From assembly GCA_963845245.1 (NCBI GenBank), contig CAWJRJ010000015.1, positions 1 through 64,000 on the forward strand: a stretch of DNA of 64,000 nt. Direction: 5' to 3'. This document shows positions 34,238 to 43,200 of the stretch, piece after piece. Below the pieces are notes generated by a model. It saw only the letters and a program-made list of their open reading frames with translations, was not told the origin of the DNA and did no database searches. Each line of letters starts with the position of its first letter. The stretch's first letter is position 1. The stretch is from Nitrospirota bacterium (GTDB lineage: Bacteria > Nitrospirota > JACRHJ01). A program made the position numbers and the translations under genes.

Positions 34238-37200
34238 ATGATACGTAGATTTTTAATATCGATGCTGTCCCTGGCTATCGTCGCCGGGCTGGCTCTGAGC
34301 GGCACGCAATCCATGGCGGACGTGACGGGCAGGCCGCACGACCTGAGCATAGACAACGACGAGGGCCACTGCATCAACTGCCACGACCTGCACCAGGTAA
34401 ACCTGGGCGAGGGCTACCCTCACAACCTGAAGCGCGGCAACGAGATAAAGGTATGCTACCAGTGCCATGCAGGCGCATTCAGCGACTACAGCAGCATAGA
34501 CCCGTCGCTTGAAAACAGCGCCAGCCTGCTCAGCCACTACGACATACGTGCGGAGTTCAGCCAGCCTCATATCCATTTCCCGAGGTATGGCATGGACGGC
34601 GAGATAAACAAGTGCTCCTTCTGCCACAACCCGCACGGCGTCTTCAACCAGGGTTCCACGACCCGCAAGCCGAAGCTCCTCTCAGCCGGGCCTGATGCGG
34701 TGACTGACACGGACGAGTACTGCTTCGTATGCCATAACAGCGACCCCAACCCGCCGCATGCAAAGTTCTCGAACGTTTCGGTGGGCAACCAGTACAAGCT
34801 GTCAAGGAACACGTACAGGCAGATGACGCACTCGACCTTCTACCGCGCAACGACGGTTACCGAGCCGGTGCCGGACTCGGCACTGAACTACGACGACAAC
34901 CCGTACGGCAAGGGTAAGGACATCTCCTGCCTCACATGCCACAGGCCGCATGGCTCACCCAACGACCATATGCTGAAGGCGGCCGACAACCAGGATTTCT
35001 GCCTCTCCTGCCACAACGGGACAAAGGCACCGGACCTCAGCTCGTTCAACGCCACCGGCCACGGGAAGCCGGGCGCTGCCAGGATCTGCCAGGACTGCCA
35101 TTTCCCGCACGGCACCGGCCAGAAGGCGGCCATCAAGACCACCATCACCGACCCGCACACCGGCACGGCCAATCAGGCTGCGGTCAACGCCTCGGGCGTC
35201 AACGAGGCCTGCTTTGCCTGCCATGTTACGGTGTCTGCCCCTGTTGCAAGCTACAGCTTCGACAGCAGCCTGTCCGGCTGGAGCACGGGCGGTCTTACCC
35301 AGACGCTTGATACGGCGGTCTACTACCTGGGTGGCGGCTCCATGAAGCAATACCGCACTCCGGCTGCCTCGACCTATTCCTACTCCCCGCTCTGGCAGGT
35401 ATCGCCCAATACCCAGTACACATTCACGGTGTTCCGCTACATCCCGGCAGCGATCACCGACGGCGCGGCCTATGTCAGCCTGTACGAATTCACGAGCGCG
35501 GGCTCCAGTGTAAAGAGTGTCAACGTGGGGACGTCTTCTGCGGCTACCTCAAGGTGGGATAGGGTCACCTATACGTTCACGACTTCCTCGACAACGGGGC
35601 AGATCAGGATATATCTGTTCCTGTCCGGCTCCGGCACGGTATACTGGGACGAACTCAGGCTGGGCACTTCCTCCTCTATCAGCTATTACCAGGGCAAGAC
35701 GGCCTACAATTCCGGCATCCACAAGACGAGCGTAAATGCACTTAACCCCGGCGGCACGCACGGGGAGGCGGCAGGGGACTGCGACAACTGCCATAACCCG
35801 CACGGCAGGGGCTATGACAAGATGCTCGTGGATACGCGCGACCAGAAGCTATGTTACGACTGCCATAACGAGATAACGCCTAACACAAAGAGCGGCAGGG
35901 ACGTTAAGGCCGACTTCCAGATGGTGTCCCGCCACGACCTGGCCAAGGTCGCTTGCGTCAACTGCCACAACGTGCACAAGGCCACCCAGTCGCAGGTGAT
36001 GATGGACCCGCAGGACGCGAGCCAGTATATGACGGATAAGACCGTATTCTGCCTTTCCTGCCATTCGGGCGTTATGCCCGCAGGCGTCACAGGCGCGCCG
36101 AACATTAACACGGAGTGGTCCGGAGGCGGGCATGACAATACACACTCCCTTACATGCTCTGACTGCCATGAGAGCCACAGCTCGCAAAACACCAAGAACC
36201 TCAACTATACAGCCAGGGCATATAACGGGTATACCGCACGGTTCCTTGCAGGGATGAGTTTCGGCTCACGCGCGTTCTGCGAGGCATGCCACAACCGCAC
36301 GAGGGCGGGGTACAAGGGCGCAAAGATAATACCTACAGGAAGCGGTTACGTGGGCCAGCATGGGCAGTCCGACCAGACTCCTTGTTCCAGTTGCCACACA
36401 AGGAAACATAACCCGGCTATTGCAAACTACACGGGCAGTTCCAGCTATTATACATCCAGATGCCTTGACTGTCACACACAGGGTACCGGCAACCCCTACC
36501 CCAACCCGGACGCCGATTTCAACACCCCGCGAAATGGTGCCGACCCTGACACACGGGCCTCGATACACAATATAAACTATAATCCTCCGACGTCGGTAGA
36601 CTGCATAAAATGTCACGGGTCCAGGCATGAGATCAACCACAGTCCGGCAAGTAAGGTATTCGATCCGGACACTTCGCACGGCTCTTCCGGCCCGTTCGAT
36701 GTCTCTTCCTCGTCCGCGTTCTGCCTTGAATGCCACGACCAGACGCCTGTCAGTATCGGCGGCAGGACTCCGCAGAACATTCTAGACACGTATACCTCTG
36801 CGGGACACGGCTCGACACACGGAGGACAGGTGGTGTGTTCGGCATGCCACACACACCACGGCTCAACCAAGATAAAACTGATAAAGGATACGATAAACGC
36901 AAAGCCTGTACTGGGTACATATTCCGGGGACAACGTAACCGTATGCACCGCATGCCACTACGGCACCGATGCGCGCCTCCCGCAGTGGGGCGGTTACCAG
37001 GTGTATTCAGGCTCGGTGCACGCCTTCGGCAACAGGTCCACCGGCAGGTATGTCACGGACGGCAGACACGGAAGAGGTACCTGCGTAAACTGCCACAACC
37101 CGCACGGCTCGCGCGTGGGCGGCAAGACCGTCCCGAGCATGCTGTATAAGAAGGAGGAGGAAGTCTGCTACACATGCCATAACTCGGTTACGCCCAATAC

Positions 37201-40200
37201 CGCGAGCGGCGAGGACGTTCAGGCCAGGTTCAAGATGCTTACCCACCACAACATCTCGGACGCAGACCAGCTGGGGCCGGACGGGATCGCCGGGACCGCG
37301 GACGATTCAAAGATCGAGTGCGAAGACTGCCACGACCCGCACACGATAACCGAACGGCTTATGGCATTCAAGAACGTGAGCGACGCCGGTGGCCGGCATA
37401 CGATGTCTATCGAGGCCGACCAGGACTTCTGCGTAAAGTGCCACAGCCCGAACCCGCCGGCAAGGGTAAAGTATCCGGCAGAGGGCGTTTGGGACAAGTC
37501 GAAGTATGACCAGTCCGCGCACGGCAACCACCTCAAGCGGAGGAAAGGGTTCGGCAACTATTCAAACGGCATAACCTATCCGTGCAAGGTCTGCCATAAC
37601 CCGCATGGCTCGAACCAGGCCGGCCAGCAGAGGGAATCGTGGGATATAAACCGTGACGGCATCCCTGACGATATCGACGGCGACGGGATACTCGACTCGT
37701 CCGACACGGTCGGGTTCATAGGCTACTCCACCGGCACCCACAGGGTCATGCTCGTGTCCAGCATATCGGGCATACCTTCCAGGGCCAGCTTCAAGAGGAT
37801 ATCGACGACCATACCGTATCAGGCGAATGGCAGCATTGACGTCGAGATATGCCTGAACTGCCACGACGGCTCACCCGCCTACGACGTTGAGACGGACATC
37901 AAAAAACGTTCACACCACCCGGTCGAGTATTCCCAGCAGGTAGGGCTCGGCGGCGCCAAGATCGAATGCTACAACTGCCATGACCAGCACCGCGCCCAGG
38001 CCACAAATGAAGCGGCTGGCGAGTACGCCACTACAAACCCGGACGCACCGAGGGAGCCCATGCCGGGTGACGCGTCGTTCTGCCTCAGGTGCCACGACAA
38101 CACCCTCCCGCCGGGGGTATCGTTTGGGAGCAGACACCTCAAGAACATAAAGCTGAGCTACAACCCTCGCGACCACAGGGATACGAAGGGCTACGATGTT
38201 ATAACCACCTTCATGGGCCATTATGTCCAGGCTACCGGCCGTCCGATGATGTGCCGCGACTGCCACAACCAGCACGGCAGCAACTATACAAACATGCTTC
38301 GGGACAACACCGAGCCGGGCAAGCCGGGGTATGACCCCGCACAGCCCGTACAGCTGATGCAGCCGGTCGCGCTTGGATTGACCGACCCGATGGGCGGAGG
38401 AGACAACGAGCCGCTTACCTCTACCACCGAACACTGCCTCGCATGCCACAGCGGGGTCACGACATATAACGGCAACAGGATCCCGCTTCCGCCTCCTCCA
38501 GACGCCTTCGAGAGGGGCCTGACGGTCTCGTCGGTCGGCAAGCACCCCGACCTCAAGCCGGACGTGACTGTTGCGGACGAAGCCGGTGGGCATTTATACA
38601 AGGGCACGTTCGCCCTGGTGACGACTCCCGGGAGCGTGAAAGAGGAGTGTACCCAGTGCCACGATTCGCACAACCCGTTCATCGCGACGGTGGATGGCCA
38701 GTTGACCAACTGCTACCAGTGCCATAACGAGAACACATCGCTTCCCGATACCCAGTCGGAGTTCAACGACAACCCGACAAACCCGACGAGGTCGAACTCG
38801 ATACATCCAATAAAGTTCGACCCCAGGGCCGCCGGGCCGTCAGCGGTGGAATGCCTGAAATGCCACGACCAGTCCAGGCACATGCAGGGCAAGGTACGCC
38901 TGAGGAAGAACCCTGGCACGTTCATAAACTACAGCTCGGATTCCAGTGTCTGGGCAGACCCGGTCGCCGCACGCACGATAAACAGTTTCTGCCTCGAGTG
39001 CCATGGCCCGGACACCACAGTCGCAACCAGCTTCTGGCGCGGCGGGGTCGAGCATGTGCCGCCAAGGCTCCCGGCCGGCCATGTCGGCGGCGCGCACTTT
39101 GTAAACGCGAACCTGTTATGCACCGACTGCCACGAGTACCATGGCTCGAAGAACAAGGGCCTCAGGAAGAATGCGAAGGGGGACGAAGAGACGTTCTGTT
39201 ACAACTGCCACAGCGACCCGGCAAAGAGCAGGAACGGCATCGACATACAGGCGAAGTTCGAAGGTACTGCAAGCCACCACATAATAAATGCGGCGGAACA
39301 GTCGGCCAAGGGCGCAAAGCTTGAGTGCGAGGACTGCCACAACCCGCATGTCGTCACCCGCACGGCCCCTGTAGTGAAGGCGGACGACAGTTCCACTGCG
39401 GCCGTCTCTGACACGTCATTCTGCATCTCCTGCCACGACTCAAACGGCGCGCCCGGCGTGAAGTTCCCCGGCTACTCCACCGGCACATCCGGGGCCGAGT
39501 GGGACCCCGCCACAGGGAAGTGGAATAAATGGAACAAGGCCGCATACGCAGGCTCCCAGCATGACGCCGCCGGAAACATCTCGTGCAAGAAATGTCACGA
39601 CCCGCACGGCAGCCCGAACACAGCGACGCTGCTCCAGAACATAAGCAGCACCTCGGGCATAAGCGTAAGCTTCGGCGCGCATTCCACCATTCGCGGTAAA
39701 CGCATGGAAGAGCTTGGGGTAAACAAGGTATGCTCCGCATGCCACAAGTCGTCCATGGGGGTGTACAACGGATATGCCGGCTATACGGGCCTCACGTTCG
39801 GCAAGAAGCACGGGGTGGACAAGAACTGCACATACTGCCATAACCCGCACGGGACCGGGGCTGCCAATCTGGTAAGGTCTACGATGCCACTCTACATGAA
39901 CATGACGTCGCCAAAGTTCGGGAGCGTCTACAACTTCAAGGGGTTCGGCAACCCGACTACCGGCAAGCCGTTCTACGTATTCTGCAGCAGCGCCGGCTGC
40001 CATGCGAGCGAGAGGGCCCAGATCGACACGTTCGACATGGACCTTGCCCCCGATAACTTCACCCGTAACGTCGCGTCCAGCTCGCACCACCCGATGAAGG
40101 AAGGCGTGATGGGCTGCACAGCCTGTCACAAGGAACACGGCTCAGGCTTCGCGCCGGACCTGCGGGCGGCTTACTTCAGGGAGAGCAACTGGCCGAAACT

Positions 40201-43200
40201 CTACCACAGCGGGCGCGGCGTCTATTCCGTCCAGCACGGTGGCGGCTGCGGCGACCCTGACCCGTTCGACGGCAGCGACTTTTTCGAGGACGGCACGCGC
40301 AGGGGCCAGGTCACGTCGGTCAACCCGCCCTCAAACGCCAACGACCTTTGCTTCATGTGTCACCAGGTGGACGATATCATAGGCACGGCTTCCGGCGGCA
40401 TGGCTGCCGCTAATACGAAGTTCCTGGGCCACGAGGCCGTGAAGGGCGGCGCAACCATAAGCCACAACATCTCGAAAAACGGCAACGGCGTGGGGAGCGA
40501 CTACCACAATTTCTCGTGTTCCGCATGCCACTTCCCGCACAGCTCCAGCATGAACAAACTCCTGAAGCAGGGCTGCATGAGCCAGGCGGACGCGACCCAG
40601 GACCCGAACCCCTCATATGGCAGCATTTTCCAGTGCCACTCCTACACGAAGGTTTGGTCAGGTGGCTATCAGGGCTGGAGGAACCTCACTACCGCCAAGG
40701 CCGACTTCAAAAGGCCGCCCAACCCGGTAACTAACCTGGCGGTCTCGCAGGACCCGGACCTCACTATCCACCTGTCATGGACGGCCGTTGCCGACGCACC
40801 CGGCCAGGGCGCACACCATTACAACGTCTACAGGTCTAGCCAGCCTATCATGCAGGATACCAAGGCTGCGGCCGCCAGGATATCAAACAAGGCGCTTTCA
40901 GGCGGGGTGCCGGGTTCGGGCATGGCCTATGACGACAGGACCTGCCAGCCTAACACCACCTATTACTACGCGGTGGTGGCCTGCGACCCGGAGAACAACG
41001 AGTCGTTCGTGTCAAACTGTGTGATGGCAGCCATGGGCGCCGACACCTATGCCCCGGCTACAATTGCCGACCAGACTACCGCACAGGTAGACGGCACATA
41101 CAACGTAAAGCTGACATGGCACGACCCGGGTGACAACGTGAACGTTACGCAGTACAAGGTCTACAGAAAGTCTGGCCTTGTCACTTTGGCGAACGACGAT
41201 ATCGTTTCAGGCAATTTCCTTGGCGTCGCCGGTAACCCGGTAACCGACACCAGCCTCAGCGCAGACGGTAGCGCGGACACCAATAGTTACACGTTCACCG
41301 ATGCCACTACCCAGCTCGGGCAGGATTACTCCTATGCCGTTGTCGCATTGGATGCGGCAGGCAACGTATCCCCGGTACCTGCCGGGACCAGCTTCAGCGT
41401 GAGTATAATCGATCCGGCCCCGGCTGCCTTGACTACGCTTACCGCAAAGCCGGTGTCCAAAGAAATGCACGCCCAACTTACCTGGACCGCGCCGGGTAAC
41501 CAGGGAAACATATCAGGATACAAAGTCTACAGGAAGTCGGGTCCGGCGTTTGTACAGGCAGACCTTGTCCCTGGCAACCTTCTAACGACTGTAACAACTC
41601 TCAGCTATACGGCGGATATCCCAGCGGCCGGTACGGATTTCTACTTCGCGGTCACCGCGCTGGACCAGTCTTCCGGCAGGGAATCTAAGCTCGGCAACAA
41701 CGCCCTGATCAACGTGCCGCAGCCGCCGTCAGACCTGTCTTCCGCAAGGCTTTTCAACAGCGGCTTGAAGCTGAGCTGGACCGCACCGTCTTATACCGCC
41801 GACTTCAGGAGCTACAAACTTTATGTCAGACGCAACTCAGGTGCCTGGGCGCAGATGAACCCGGTGGACAACCTGGTGTCAAACGGAAGCTTCGAGGTCG
41901 ACCTCACAGGCTGGACGGCAAGCTCGCTGACGGCCGCAAGGGATTACTCCAGTTCAGCGGATGGCGTGTCCTGCGCAGTGCTCACCGGCACATATGCCGG
42001 CGACAAGTTCCTTGGGTCTGGCATGGTGGCGGTTGCGCCGTCTATAGCCTACACCTATTCAGGCTATGTAAAAGTACCCATCGCCCTGGCGGGCGGCACG
42101 ACCGCGCTCAAGGTCATAGAATACAACTCATCCGGAGGCTACGTAACCGAGCATACCGCTACGGGGGTGTCGGTCACATCCGGCTGGCAGAAACTTACCG
42201 ATATGTGGACAACATCCGCCACCACTACGCAGGTCAAACTAAAGCTTCAGATGTCGGGTACAGGGACCGCATACTGGGACGACGTCCGGCTTGGCTCATC
42301 GGTATCCGTCGGGACCTCAGCCAGGCTTGATTTTACAGGGCTTGAGCCCGGCAACTACGAAGTAGCGGTAACCGCCAACTACGGGACATACGGCGGCAGC
42401 ACCCCTTACGAGTCCATACCTTCGGCGTCCGTGCCATGCGTCATTGACGATACGTCCACGCCGGTTGACATTACAGTCTCGGGAGCCCTCACCCCTGCCT
42501 CGAACTATACGACGCCCAGCCTGTCATGGAATGCGCCGGCGGACAGAAACTTCACGGGCTACACGCCTTCCGGGCTGTCCTCTTACCGGATACAGTCCTC
42601 CCGCGACCAGGGCAAGACCTGGCTGACCGTGCACCGCAGCAGGCTCACAAACCCGGGGTTTGAAACCCATGGCGGAATAGCCGACGATGCCAACACCGAC
42701 ACTTTTACCGGATGGGGCGCGAGCAACATAAATATGTTTGCTGTCACGGACGCGATATTCGACAACAGGGCGTTAAAGATCAGGTATGCCGGTTCAGGCG
42801 ACACGTATGTCAATTCGGCAGAGCCGACCACTGGACAGTCGGTGGCTGGCAAGGCATACTCGATGTCGTTCTGGGCGAAGGCCAGCAAGCCCGCCACCTT
42901 CCAGTATTTCATACAGGCGAACGGCGGGAACTACGAATCCATCGGTACGGTTTCTCCATCGATCGGTACGGAATGGACGATGTTCACTACTTCCGGTTCG
43001 TTCAGCAGCAGCGCAACCGCCTCCGGCGCAAGGGTCATCATCCGGCCATCGTCCGACACATCCGTCGATATAACATTGGACGGGGTAAGGCTTGACGCAG
43101 GCAACGGCGCGCTCCTGGCAAACGACGGCAGTTTTTATCAGCCTGCGAACTACGGCGTCCCAGGCAGTGCCCAGGGCTTTGACGACCCGACCCCGCTGGT

